Origin: the human T2T-CHM13v2.0 reference genome, Homo sapiens
Direction: 5' to 3' (one strand)
Assembly: GCF_009914755.1 (NCBI RefSeq)
Contig: NC_060926.1
DNA: 64,000 nt
Made by a program: the position numbers and the translations under genes. The notes under the pieces are model-generated. The model searched no databases and was not told where the DNA came from. It saw only the letters and a program-made list of their open reading frames with translations. Position 1 is the stretch's first letter; the number at the start of each line of letters is the position of its first letter. Below, one piece after another: positions 13,131 through 26,240 of this stretch.

Positions 13131-14492
13131 GAAGAATTATTCTTAAAAGTGGTTCCTGTCTTTCTGTTTGTTTTTCCATTTGTGCTTATTCCATTTCAGA
13201 ACCTTAATCACAGATGGAGGGAGGTACATGAAATGAAACAGAAAATGAAAAATGGCTCTAAACTCAGAGGTTAAACCTGATGGGAGTCAAGGCAAACTCT
13301 GGGGCAAGGTTTTTGACACCAGAGCTTCTTATACTGTTGAAGTGAAACGAAGAAAAGCTTTTTTATCTTGGAGAAATTATCCCTTCCCTAGACATCTTGA
13401 AACCATAAATGCTAGGTCTTAAAAATTCTGGCTACACTTTAAAAATTCTCTTCAATAATGGATTGAGTGCAATGAGCAGTAAACTGAAGACTAGAGACTT
13501 GCATTTCAATCATGGCTCTGTCCTTAACTTCAGCAGGAGCTATCAATTAGTTATTTACTCCACTTGCATCACAAATTTCTCTCTAGGGGTGGGTTAGTCT
13601 TCTGAAAAGGACACAAGTAACCTGTGTCCTTTATAGAGAATAGCAGCAACTTAGAGGTAAATTCCATGAAGTCTGACTGGGGAGATGTTTTCCGAGTCCT
13701 TGTGCTTCTCTGCATGAGAATCTTGGAAATGTGTGATCTCTCATCCTTGGAGATTAGCAGAAGCCTTGCTCACTGATATTTAAGTCTTGCCAATCAAAAT
13801 ACACATTGTATTTCTTCCAGAACTCTAGATTTGGGGAAACAGAGACATCATTGCAGGAAATGACACATGCATATGATTGTGCACAAATTTATCTTAGTAA
13901 TTTGACGTTTTCTGTTATATTTTGGCTTTGCAATGGGCCAAGAAAAGCTGCTATATTTTCTCCTAGGTACAATGCCTATGTCATATGATGGCTTATTTGG
14001 GCAATAAGGAAAAATAAGCTATACTTTTCCCCAGGAGAGAATAACTGTTAAATTACATTTAACATGTATTTAACTCATTTATATTTCCCCACAAAATCAC
14101 AATCTTTAAAAATAAAACAAGATAAAGTAACATTTCATTAACTTTCAAACAATCATTTCTTGATAATAACACAATGGTTTAAGTACTTATTCTACTTTAT
14201 GAAAAAACTTTGAAATATTCTTTTTTGGGAAATTTTCATTTTCTGAATTCCTATGGGTACCACACTACACCTTGGCTGCTTGGAGTCAAAAGTGCTGTGT
14301 ACACGTATTTTCTGTTATTGACTCCACTTGCCTTATCTAAGCTCATCTGTGACTAAATCTTGGTAATTATAAAAAGGGTTTTAGCTCACAGTAACTTCTA
14401 CTTTTTTGCATCATCTTTGTGCAAGAGAAAACAATCTTTCTGAAAATTTTTCTTTTTGTAATCAGAGCAGAGAGAAAAATACATGAAAGAGT

Positions 14493-14876
14493 TTGCATTA
14501 GTTTTCTAGGGCTGTCATAACAAAATACCACCGACTGGCTTAAAGAACAGAAATTATTTTTCTCCCCATTCTGGAGGCTAAAAGACTGAGATCAAAGTGT
14601 TTGCAAGATAAATTCTTCTAAGGCCTCTCCCCTTGGTATGCTGATGGCCATTTCTTCTTGTATCTTCACATCCTCTTCCCTCTGTATGTATCTGTGTTCT
14701 AATCTCTTCTTTTATAAGGATATGAGTTAGTGGATTAGGGCCCACCCCTCTGACCTTATTTAATCTTTATTATCTCTTTGAGGGCCTTATCTTCAAATAC
14801 AGTCACATTTTTAAGTACTTGGGGTTAGGACTTCAACATATGAATTTTGTTGGGGGACACCATTTAGCTTATAGCA
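14493..14876 (-). mobile_element. MaLR solo LTR (MLT1A-like)
   Basis: attagttttctagggctgtcataacaaaataccac...ttctggaggcta...ggattagggcccaccc...ggggttaggacttcaacatatgaatttt. Confidence 0.9.
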
Positions 14877-14912
14877 GAGGTACTTTACAATAGGAATTTG
14901 ACATTTTGTTTT

Positions 14913-15423
14913 TGTAGTGGTTAATACTGAGTGTCAACTTGATTGGATTGAAGGGTGCAAAGTATTGATCCTGGGTGTGTCTACGAAGGTGTTGCCAAAG
15001 AAGATTAAGATTTGAGTTAGTGAGCTGGGAAAGGCAGACCCACCCTTAATCTGGGTGGGCACCATCTAATCAGCTGCCAGCATGGCTAGAATATAAAGCA
15101 AGCAGAAAACAAATAAACAAAACAACAACAACAAAAACATGAAAAGACTAGACTAGCCTAGCCTTTTGGACTACATGTTTCTCTCATGCTGGATGCTTCC
15201 TGCCCTTGAACATTAGACTCCACGTTCTTCAGTTTTGGGACTTGAACTGGTTTCCCTTGCTCTTCAGCTTTCAGATGGCCTATTGTGGGACCTTTTGATT
15301 GTGCCAGTTAATATTTATTAAGCATATATATATATGCTTAATAGGATATGTATATCCTATATATAGGATATATATATATATATCCTCTTAGTTTTGTCCT
15401 TCTAGAGAAGGATGACTACTACA
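14913..15423 (+). mobile_element. MLT2A (ERVL) solo LTR
   Basis: TG...CA termini; tggttaatactgagtgtcaacttgattggattgaagg and gcagacccacccttaatctgggtgggcaccatctaatcagctgccagc; 5-bp TSD gtttt on both sides. Confidence 0.93.
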
Positions 15424-15557
15424 GTTTTCCAGTAAGGATTTTTTTTTTTTTTTCTGAACTCTTCTCACTCTCTAGATTCTTAGTCTCTGAAGTTTAGAAT
15501 AAGCATAAAAAATTGATTTATATTGACAACTTTGTAGACAACTTAGCATGCTCCCCA

Positions 15558-15665
15558 TGATGGCTCTAAGATAACTATTCCAGGAGAGTATTGTGTTTCA
15601 AACTTCTTCAGCAGCAAGACATTTTTGCTGCATTAAATCTCATATAGCTAGATGTATATTTATCT
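15558..15665 (+). repeat. 108-bp dispersed direct repeat, copy 1
   Basis: Matches 16891-16998 at 107/108 positions (a15601 vs g16934). Confidence 0.97.
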
Positions 15666-16890
15666 CTATTTTTTGTTCATTTTTGTTTTTAATAGGAATA
15701 TTTTTTCCTCCACAGTGTGATTTCAAATTTGTGTTCCAAAATATTTGGTAATAAATATATATGTAAAATAATTTTTCAATTAAAAAAAGAATTATATAAA
15801 AGAGTGAGTTTTTTTTTGTTTTTTTTTTTTTTTTTAGGTAATACATTTTTAGAGTGGACAATCCTTCAGTTTTAGTGGATAGACTACCACTGTGAGTGAT
15901 AGGATACAGCGGGTAGGCAACAGTATCTGGCCCAAAATTTAGAGTGATCTACATAAAAATGAATGTGGTTAGTGATTATCAGAAGCTTCCAAGTTTTTAT
16001 TATAAACTAGGCAGATATCTTTATTTGTTAAAGTACATTTTAAGATATAACCATGAAAACTAATATATTTCTAGAAAATGCTTTTGGAAGAGCAATAAAA
16101 ATCTTACGATGTACTGAATAATCATTACAAAATAAATTGTATTATTTTAAAATTTTTGTCTCTGTTAGACCAGAAGGTAGTTCTACAGAGGTATGTAATG
16201 AATGCACTTAAATTTGGAAATGAGTCTCTTTCTGTCTCAGTCACTTTTCTCTGGCACTTCTTCTGTTGTTTTGCCTTTATGGTTTTCTGTTTTATCTATG
16301 AATGGAAAACCTTAATACATCAGCTTCTCTGGTTTCTCCTGTAAGCCTACAATTTTAACATCTCTTTAATCTCTGGCAGAGCCACGTATTCCACAGTGCC
16401 CTTTCCATAGCACATCTAAGCTCTGGAAGTCGTTGTTATCTCACTGATTGCTCCACTTGTAGCTCATTAATAGATGACATCACTATTGTTCCTCCTTTGT
16501 TTAGGCATGAAGGTATCCTTGTTTGTATTACAGAAAGTGGTTTGTCAATTTCTGATAAAACAGGCTCATTCTTCGGAAGTATTGCAATGCCATAAAATAA
16601 TTTTAAGACAATCACCACATTTAGATTGAATAAAATGTTAAATGCTTCATTATTGCCAGAATAATGCCATTATGTTTCTAGTTTTCTTTCTAAATATTGT
16701 TTACTAGTGAATTCATTATCATGAAAACATCCAGTTTGGTTATCAGAAAGCTTCTACTAAACAGATTCACAGAGAAACACAAATGAAAAGGTGCTCATGA
16801 ATCACTGTGCTTCATGTTTTAGGTGGGGCTCAATACAACTTTGGTAAGGTGAACCATGTTATCTTTTAAGGATTGAAGACAATCTTCAAC

Positions 16891-16998
16891 TGATGGCTCT
16901 AAGATAACTATTCCAGGAGAGTATTGTGTTTCAGACTTCTTCAGCAGCAAGACATTTTTGCTGCATTAAATCTCATATAGCTAGATGTATATTTATCT
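16891..16998 (+). repeat. 108-bp dispersed direct repeat, copy 2
   Basis: Matches 15558-15665; offset 1333 bp. Confidence 0.97.
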
Positions 16999-17450
16999 AT
17001 CTATTAATACCTGCCATCCCATATTTATAGAAATATGTATTACATACTACATATTACTATATTAATAATGTAAATGTGGGGTTATTCTTGCTGGAGGTCT
17101 GATGGCATACAGTTTATTCTTCATTTTCTTTGCAATCTCTAAAAAGGTTTTGTTGGTTTGTTTTTATATACCTACAGCAGTAGGAAATAGGCTTCACTTT
17201 AAGTAACTGAAACTGCTGGAACTACTTGTAAAAGTATCCAGTGTCCCAAGATAGTAGCAGACAGGTTGTTATTTTAAGTTTGCAATTGGACAAAACTGTA
17301 GAGTAGGACAAATTTTCCCAGTACTTCAGTTGTCTTTTTGTGTGTGTGAAACTATTATGTTTTGCTATAAATTTTGTTCTCCTGAGGCAAGGGTTGCAGC
17401 TGATTTCTCTCTGAAATGTTGAACTTATTTCACTTCTTAACTCACCACAT

Positions 17451-17900
17451 GTAACAAATACATGCTTAAATATGATTCATCCGAGGAATATAAGCATTGT
17501 AAAAACAACAATGCCATAAGTCTTGAGAAAGGAAAATTTAAGACTTCCATCAATGGTGGATAAACTTGGACTTGGGAGTTAGGTGGAAGCTGACCCAGTG
17601 CCTCCAAAATCAGGTCGCTTGAGAGACAAGCTTCCCTACCTATTGATCCCCTTCGCCTTGGCTGTCTCCCCACATTTGTTACCTTAATTATATGCATGAT
17701 ACGTATGTAAAAGTTTGTTCTCACATAAACATTTCTATTGCTCATAAAAATCCATGTGGCATTGAGCTAGTATCCCTGCAAGGTTGCTATCTTAGGGTTT
17801 CCATCCCAGTGAAGAAAAACTCCCAGGTATCTACAAATGGCCTACCCTCCTTATCCCCCTGCTCACCTATTGCTTATTTAAGTTCATCAGGAATATAATT
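17451..17900. other. GC-richer block, possibly an old LTR relic
   Basis: Begins tgtaac and is compositionally distinct from its flanks; no family recognised. Confidence 0.2.
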
Positions 17901-19502
17901 TATTGCCCAGTAATATGCCATAAAATAATTTATATGTAAATCTGCATAAATTAATAGTAATTTATTTTAAAAATTAAGAGCATTTCAAGTCTAAATACTC
18001 TGTGATTAAGTGTGCTTAAGTGCGATTAATGTAATGAAGTACTAATAAAATCCAACCACACGTTTGGATAGTGTAATAATGTGCCATGAATAACTATTAA
18101 TTTTTTATCTGTTAAAACCACCCTTATCATCACACCGCTGGTTTTCCTGATATTATGGAGGTGTAATGGTTATTAATATTTTTAAGTTTTAAAATGAAGA
18201 CAGTCTATTTTACTTTAAGTTCTATGTTAACTTTTGTATGGCCTTGCTACATAGAAGTCATTCACCAGAAACTATGAAAATCCAATTCAAGTCTGGCTAA
18301 GATTAGTAAGAACAAGAAGGTTGCAAAAGACATATATAAATAAATAGGTAGGCATATACATATAAATGTATATGTGTGTATGCATATACAAGAACATTTG
18401 TATACCTTCTGATGTATTAAACATAGATACCACACATAAAATACATATCTGTGCATATATAAATGCATACACATATACCTGTACACATTGATTATACTGG
18501 AATTACAAAAACAGAAGTCAGTAGAATCAGCTGGGGCAATTCAACTTTTCTTAAGATCATATCCTTATATCACTGAAGTGAGATACTTTATGTTAGATGC
18601 AGCCAGCAGAATTTGGGGCAGAAATGATCAATACTTGTTACGTTGGGATGTAGCTGAGGTGAGAGGTAGATCTAGCTGAAGTCAGAGGTGTCTCAAATTC
18701 CCAGTGTATGAAAATCAGTAATAATATGGAACTGTAAAGTCAAAAAATCCATGCAAAAGGACATCATGCAATTCCAAAGAAAATCCTAACTCTAAAGGTA
18801 ATAAAAGACATAACTCTTTTAAAAGTTTACATTTAGCTTTATATATTGCTTATTTTTTCTTACACATCCTTTCTAGTCAGTAAATACTAGGAGAAGAATG
18901 GTTAGCTTGCTTTTCGTTGGAATTCTCAAGCTAATCAATAAGTTCTCTTGTTCAGGTTCTTGTGTTCTTCTGTTTTTTCAGCTATTAAAAAAATTGAAAC
19001 ATTTTGTAAGCAATTCCCTAATAACTTTTTTTATATTTTGTAAGACAAAGGATATGAACTACAGTGAAAACTGGAAACTCACTTTGGACTAGTCATTTTG
19101 AATGTATGCTTAACATTTTAAACATTTTTGTGACTAAATCTTTATAATAGTACCATTAAGGAAATAAATTATTTCCTCCTTCGTATAAATTTTAAAAATC
19201 TGTTTAATTTAGTTCAGAGCCTGAAATTAGAAGGGCCAGGTTTTGGAATGCAGATTAATGGAAGTCCCAGGTCATCGCCCTTTCTCCTAATTCCTTTTTA
19301 TTCTGATATTTTTACTAGCCTACTGGAACATAATAAATTAGCAGGAATGTCCTGAAGAGCAATTGTTTCCTCTTTCATTATTGTTTAAAAATAAATAACG
19401 TTGATTACTTTACTATAAAATTCTTATTGATGAACTTTTAACATGAATATAATTTTAATTCCAAATCTGACCATAATTCCTAATGTATTTCTTTAGATTA
19501 AG

Positions 19503-19640
19503 TAACTTTATTTTTAGAAATTTGATTTACAGAAAAATTGTAATGATGGTAGAGAGTTTGCAAATATCTTACAGCAAATTTCTGCTATTATTTAACTTTA
19601 ATATAGTCTATCTAAGTACAATTTAAAAACTAATATTAAT
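19503..19640 (-). mobile_element. Old L1M (MC/MD-like) 3' terminus
   Basis: aactttatttttagaaatttgatttacagaaaaattgtaa...gtagagagttt. Confidence 0.6.
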
Positions 19641-19644
19641 ATAC

Positions 19645-22600
19645 TTTTTTTTTATTCATGAGGTACTTGTGCTTGTTTGTTCCACCATATATGTGTAATG
19701 GTTGGGGTTGGGCTTCTAGTATACCCTTCACCCAAATATTGATCGTTGTACCCAATAGGTAATTTTTCAACCCTCACCTCTCTTACTGTATTCTCTTCTG
19801 GAATCCCCAGAGGTTATTCTCTTCATCTTTATGTTCATTCTTACACTTTGTTTAGCTCTCGCTAATAAATTAGAACATTCAATGTTTGATATTCTGCTTC
19901 TCTGCCACACTTTCTTTGTCCAGTCAACTGATAGACGCTTAGGTTGGTTTCATGACTTTACTATTGTAAAGAGTGCTGCAGTAATCATATAACTGCAGGT
20001 GTCTCTTTTATATAATGGATTCTTTTCCTTTGGGTAGGTATCTAGTAGTGGGACTGCTATGTTGAATAGTAGTACTATTTTTAGTTGTTTGAGATACCTC
20101 CATATTGTTTTCCATAGAGGTTGAACTACTTTGCATTGCTACCAACAGTGTCTGAGCACTCCTCTTTCTCTGCATACCCACCAACATCGGTTGTTTTTTG
20201 ACTTTTTAATAAAAGCCATCTGGCTGGTGTAATATATCTCATTGTGGTTTTAATTTGCATTTCTCTGGTGATTAGTGATGTTAAGCATTTCTTTATGTGT
20301 TTCGTTGGCCACTTGTATTTCTTCTTTTGAGAGATATCTGTTCATGTCCTTTGTCCAGCTTTTAAGTTTTTTGGTGCCTTTCTCGTTGACTTCTTTTAGT
20401 TCCTTGTAGTTTTTGTATATTTGACCTTTATTGGAGACATAATTTGTAAATATTTTCTCCCATTCTGTAGGTTGTCTGTTTATTATTTCTTTTGCTGTTT
20501 TTTTTTTAGTTTAATTAAGTCCCATTTGTCTATATTTGTTTTTGTTACATTTGCTTTTGAGGTCTTTGTCATAAATTATTTGCCTAGGCAAATGTCAAGG
20601 AGAGCTTTTTCTTAGGTTTTATTTTAACATTTTTATGGCTTCATGTCCTAGGTTTAGGCCTTTAATCCTTCTTGAATTAATTTTTGTACATAATGAGAGA
20701 TAGGATAGTTTCATTCTCCTGCATGTTGCTAGCTAATTTTCCCAACACCATTTATTGAGTACGGTGTCATTTTCCCATTGTTTATTTTTGTCAAACTTAT
20801 CCAAGATCATTTTGTTTTAGGTATGTGGTTTTATTTCTGGGTTATCTATTTTGTTCCAATGATCTATGTGTCTATTTTTGTACCAGTACCACGCTGTTTT
20901 TGTTACTATAGCCTTATAGTATAATTTGAAGTTAAACAATGTGATACCTTCAAATTTGTTCTTTTTGCTTTGGAATGCTGTAGGTGGTCTGGCTTCTTTT
21001 CAGTTTTATATGAACTTAAGGATATTTTTTTCAACTCTGTAAGAAAATGATGCTGGCAATTTGATAAAAGTTGTGTTAATCTAGATTACTTCGGGTAGAA
21101 TGGTAATTTGAACAATATTGATTATGTAAATCCATGAGCTTGAGACAATTTTGCATTTGCTGGTGTTGTCTACAGTTTCTTTCATCAGTGTTTTGTAGTT
21201 CTTGTAGATATCGTTCATCTCCTTTGTTAAATACATCCATTAGTATTTTATTTTTTGTATAACTATTGTAAATGGGATTGAGTTCTTGATTTGGTTGTTA
21301 GCATGAATGTTATTGGTGTATACAAATGCTATTAATGTTTGTACACTGATTTTGTATCCTGTGACTTTACTGAAGTCAATCATCAGGTGTAGGAGTCTTT
21401 AGAGTAGTCTTTAGAGTTTTCTAGTATAAGATTATGTAATCAGTGAACAGAGATAATTTCACATCCTATTTTCCAATTTGGATGCATTTAATGTTTTCTT
21501 CTATCTGATTGTTCTGGCTAAGACTTCTCTTACTATGTTGAGTAGGAGTGGTGAGAGCAGACAGACATCCTTGTTTTGTCTCAGTTCCTGGGAGAAATAC
21601 TTTCATCTTTTCCTCATTCAGCATGATATTGGCTGTGGGTTTGTCATAGAGATGGTTCTTATTATTTTGAAATATATTCTATTTATGTCCTAGTTTGTTG
21701 AAGGTTTTTAGCATGAAGTGATGGTGGATGTTATCGAATGGTTTTTGTGCATCAACTGAGCTGATCACATGGTTTTTGTACTTAGTTCTGTTAATTAGGT
21801 GGATCATGATTATTGTTTTGTGAATAGTGAAACATCTTTGCATTCCTGGAATAAGCCCACTTGATCATGGTTAATTATTTTTTGACATGCTGTTGGAATT
21901 GGTTTGCTAGCATTTTGCTGATTTTTGCATCTGTGTTCATCAGTGATATTGGTTTGTAGTTTTCTCTCTTGGTTGTGTTTTTGCCTGATTTTTGTGTAAG
22001 GATGACACCTAATTCGTAGAATGAGTTAAAGAAAGATGTTTTCTCCTTGATTTTTCGGAATAGTTTCAGTAAGATTGATAACAGCTCTTCTTTGTGTGTC
22101 TAGTAAACTTTGGATGTGAATCTTTCTGGTCCTAGGCTTTGTTGTTGTTGTTGTTAATTTTTAGGACTCATTCAATTTCATTACTTGCTATTGATATGTT
22201 CAATGTTTCTGTTTGTTTCTGATTCAATCTCGGGAGGTTGTATGTTTCCATGAATTTATTCATTTCCTCTATGTTTTCTATTTTGTGTGCACAGAGGTGT
22301 TCATAGAAATCTCTGATGATCTTTTGCATTTCTCTGGTAACAGTTGTGATATTACCTTTATTATTTCTGATTATACTTATTTGAATCTTCTCTTATAACA
22401 GTGTAGCTAGTAGTCTGTGATTTTTGTTTATCCTTTCAAGAAACCAACTTTTAGTTTCATTGATTCTTTGTATCTTTATTTAATCTGTTTCATTCATTTC
22501 TGCTCTGACCTTTTTTTATTTCTTTTCTTCTGCTAGCTTTGGGGTTGGTTTTCTGTTGTTTTTCTAGTTCCTTGAGTTACAATGCTAGGTTGTTAATTTG

Positions 22601-24170
22601 AGATTTTTCTATCTTTTTGACATAGACATTTAATGCTATAAATTTTCCTCTCACACTTCTTTTGCTGGATCCCAAAGGTTTTGATATATTATATCTCTAT
22701 TTTCATTCTTTTAAAATATTTTTTATTTCTGCCTTTATTTCATTGTTTACTCCAAAGTTGTTAAGAAGCAACATGTTTATTTTCCATGTACTTGTGTAGA
22801 TTTGAGAGTTCCCCTTGGTATTGATTTTTAACTTTATTCCACTGTGCTCTGAGAAAATACTTGGTACAACTTCATGTTTTTTTTGCTTTTTTGTTTTTTT
22901 GTTTTTTTTTTGAGACTTGCCTTATGGCCAATCATATGGTCGATTTTGGAGAATGTTCTTTGCAAATATGAGAATAATGTATATTTTGTAATTGTTTGAG
23001 TATTACGTTCTGTAGATGTCTATTAGGTCCATTTCGTCTATATCCAGTTTAAGTCCAGAGGTTTTTGGTGATTTTCTGCCTCAATGTCTCTATTGATATC
23101 AGTGGGATGTTGAGGTCCCCCAGTATTATTTTATTACTATCAATCTGTTTTCTTAGATATAGCAGTATTTGTTTTATGGATCCAGGTTCTCCAGTGGTGT
23201 ATGCATATATGTTTAGGACAGCTAAATATTCTTGTTGTATTCAAACCTTTATTCTTCTTCTTATTTATTTTTTATTTATTTATTTATTTTTGAGATGGAG
23301 TCTTGCTCTGTTGCCCAGGCTGGAGTTCAGTGGAGTGATCTCGGCTCACTGCAAGCTCCCCCTCCTAGGTTCACGCCATTCTCCTGCCTCAGCCTCCAGA
23401 GCAGCTGGGACTACAGGCGCCTGCCACAACGCCCGGCTAATTTTTTGTATTTTTAGTAGAGACAGGGTTTCACCGTGTTAGCCAGGATGGTCTCGATCTC
23501 CTGACCTTGTGATCCACCCACCTCGGCCTCCCAAAGTGCTGGGATTATAGGCGTGAGCCACTGCGCCCCGCCTCAAACCTTCATTATTATATAATGCCCT
23601 TCTTTGTCTTTTTCTCCGTGTTGTTGATATAAAGTCTGTTTTATCTGATATAAGAATGGCTACTCCTGCTCACTTTTGTTTTCTATTTGCATGATATATC
23701 ATTCTCTACCCTTTTGCTTTGAGTCTGAATGTATCTTTAGCCAGTAGGTGGGTCTCTTGTGGACAGCAGATGGTTGTCTTTTATTTTTTTTATCCAGTTT
23801 TCCACTCTGTATCTTTTTAGTGGGGAATTTAGGCTATGTGCATCAAGGTTAAAATTGATATGTGAGATTTTGTTACTGATGTAGTGTTGTTGGCTAGTTG
23901 TTTTGAAGTTTTGATTGTTGCTTTATAGGACCTGTGAGCTTTGTATTTCTATTTCCTTTGCTGATGGTGACTATCAGCCTTTCATTTCCGTATTTGAAAA
24001 TCCTTTGATTGTAGGATCAGTGTAGTGGTGACAACTCTTAGTGAATGCTTGTTTGGGAAAAGACTTTATTTCTCCTTCATTTATGAAGTTTAGTTTGGCA
24101 GGATACAAGCTTCTTGGCTAGTATTTTTTCTTAAAAGAGGCTAATAATAAGCTCCCAATCTCTTGTCCCT
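19645..24170 (-). mobile_element. Old L1PA (about L1PA15-17), 3'UTR through ORF2 into ORF1, 5'-truncated
   Basis: T tail, ttgggcttctagtatacccttcacccaaata...tacccaataggtaatttttcaaccctcacc, then continuous antisense ORF2 with many stops and frameshifts. Confidence 0.9.
23254..23572 (-). mobile_element. AluY inserted in L1
   Basis: AluY diagnostics gcaagctcc, ttcacgccattctcc, accgtgttagccaggatggtctcgatctcc; TSD tcaaacctttatt / tcaaaccttcatt. Confidence 0.95.
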
Positions 24171-24174
24171 CGAT

Positions 24175-25439
24175 TTGTTTTTTATTTTTTTTATTTTTAA
24201 CAGACTTTATTTTTAGAGCAGTTTTAGGTTCACAGCAAAATTGAAAGTACAGTCTCCATATATCCCCTACTTCCCCCAACCTCACTCCCAACACACACAC
24301 TCTATCAACGTTCCAAACCAGTGTTACATTTATTACAGTCAATGAACATATGCTAACACATCATTATAAACCAAAGTCCATAGTTTACATTAGATTTCAC
24401 TCTTGGTGTTTCATATTCTATGAGTTTTGACAAATATATTAATGACATGTATCCACGGTAATAGTATCACATAGAATAGTTTAAGAGCCCTAAAAAATCA
24501 TCTTTCCCCAAACCCTGGCAGCCACTGATAGTTTTACTTATCTTCATGATTTTGCTTTTTCCAGAATGCTATATAGTTGGAATCATACAATACGTAGCCT
24601 TTTCAGATTGGCTTCTTTCATTAAAGAATATGTATTTTAGGTTCCTAAATGTCTTTTCATCACTTGATAACTCATTTCCTCTTAGTGCTGATTAACATTC
24701 CATTGTCTAAATGTACAACAGTTTATTTATTTATTCACCTACTGAAGGATATACTTCCAAGTTTTGGCAATTATGAATAAAGCCACTATAAACATTTGGG
24801 TGCAAGCTTTTGTACGGGCTTAAGCTTTTGGTTCATTTGAGTGGATACCCAGGAATGCAACTGCTGGATCATATGGTAAGAGTATGTTTAGTTTTGTAAG
24901 AAACCACTGAACTGTTTCTTCAATCGTGGCTGTACCATCTTTCATTTCTATCAGCAATGAATGAGAGTTCCTGATGCCCAACATCGTTGTAAGAATTTGG
25001 TGTTGTCAATGTTTTGGACTTTTGCCATTCTAATAGATGTGTAGCAGTATATTTTTCTAGTCTGTAATTCCGTAAAGACATATGATGTTGAGTATCTTTT
25101 CAGATCCTTTTTTGCCATCTGTTTATCTTCTTTTGTGAGGTGCCTGTTCAGATCTTTTGCCCATTTCTTCATTAGTTTGATCATTTTTTCATTGAGTTCT
25201 AAAAGTTCTTTGTATATCTTGAATATATTCTCTTGAATTTCTTTATCTGGTATATACTTTGCAAATGATTTCTCCTAGTCTATGGTTTAACCTCTCATTC
25301 TGTTGACAATGTTTTTCACAGAACAGAAATTTAATTTCAATGAAGTCCAGTTCATCAATAATTTTTTTACTGGATCTAAAGTCATCAGCTTGCACAAGAT
25401 CATCTAGGTTTTCTCTTATGTTATCTTCTAGGAGTTTTT
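24175..25439 (-). mobile_element. L1MC (MC1/2-like) 3' portion
   Basis: agactttatttttagagcagttttaggttcacagcaaaattga, ccaaagtccatagtttacattag; ORF 24951-25184 (IKLMKKWAKDLNRHLTKED) is the ORF2 C-terminal region. Confidence 0.9.
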
Positions 25440-26240
25440 CTTTTTTTTTCCAACTTTTATTTTAGATACAGGAGGTCCATGTTCAGGTTTGTTACATGGG
25501 AATATTACATGATGCTGAGGTTTGTAGTATGGATCCCGTCACCCAGGTAGTGAGCATAGTACCCAATAGGTAGTTTTTAACCCAGCCCTCCCTCCTTCCC
25601 ACCACCCCCTAGCAGTCCACAGTGTCTATTGTTCCCCAATTTATGTACATATGTGCTTGTTGTTTATCCCATGTATAAGTGAGAACATGTAGTATTTGGT
25701 TTTCTGTTTCTGCATTAATTTCTTAGGATTGTGGCTTCCAGCTCCATCCATCGTGCTGCAAAGATCATGATTCCCTTCTTTTTTTGTGGCTGCATAGTAT
25801 TCCATGGTGTATATGTACCATGTTTTCCTCATCCAACCTACCATTGGTGGGCACCTGGGTTGATTCCATGTCTTTGCTATTGTGAATAGCACAGCAATGA
25901 GCATATGAGTACATGTGTCCTTTTGGTAGAATGATGTACTTTCCTTTGGATATATACCCGGAAATGAGATTGCTGAGTCAAACAGAAGCTCTGTTGTAAG
26001 TTCTTTGAGAAACCTCCAAAGTGCTTTCCACAGAGATTGGCTTAATTTACATTTCCACCCACAGTGTATAAGTGTTGCCTTTCCTCTGCAACCTCTCCAG
26101 CATCTGTTGTTTTGACTAGTTAATGATAGCCACTCTGACTGGTGTGAGATGGTATCTCATTGTGGTTTTGATTTTCATTTATCTGATGATTAGTGATGTT
26201 GAGCAATTTTTCATATGACTGTTGGCCATTTGTATGTCTA
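25440..26240 (-). mobile_element. L1PA (about L1PA13-15) 3' end
   Basis: T tail, caacttttattttagatacagg, gatcccgtcacccaggtagtgagcatagtacccaatagg; ORF 25641-25904 (LFTIAKTWNQPRCP...YTMEYYAA) is the ORF2 C-terminus. Confidence 0.9.

Noticed and set aside
13606-13632. 10-bp hairpin aaaggacaca/tgtgtccttt
   Set aside because: An isolated short stem, plausible by chance; a bacterial terminator reading is irrelevant in primate DNA
15558-16998. 108-bp repeats as LTRs, box C/D snoRNAs, miR-15/424-like hairpins or CRISPR repeats
   Set aside because: No TG..CA, PBS or PPT; no proper RUGAUGA with terminal CUGA; the cagcagca stem is only 7 bp; only two copies, with no spacer array
23065-23481. Longest ORF (138 aa), and similar ORFs at 32165, 36440, 43106, 58702 and 62481
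   Set aside because: Standard Alu-derived frames (e.g. [16 protein letters not shown]) fused to L1 antisense or flanking sequence
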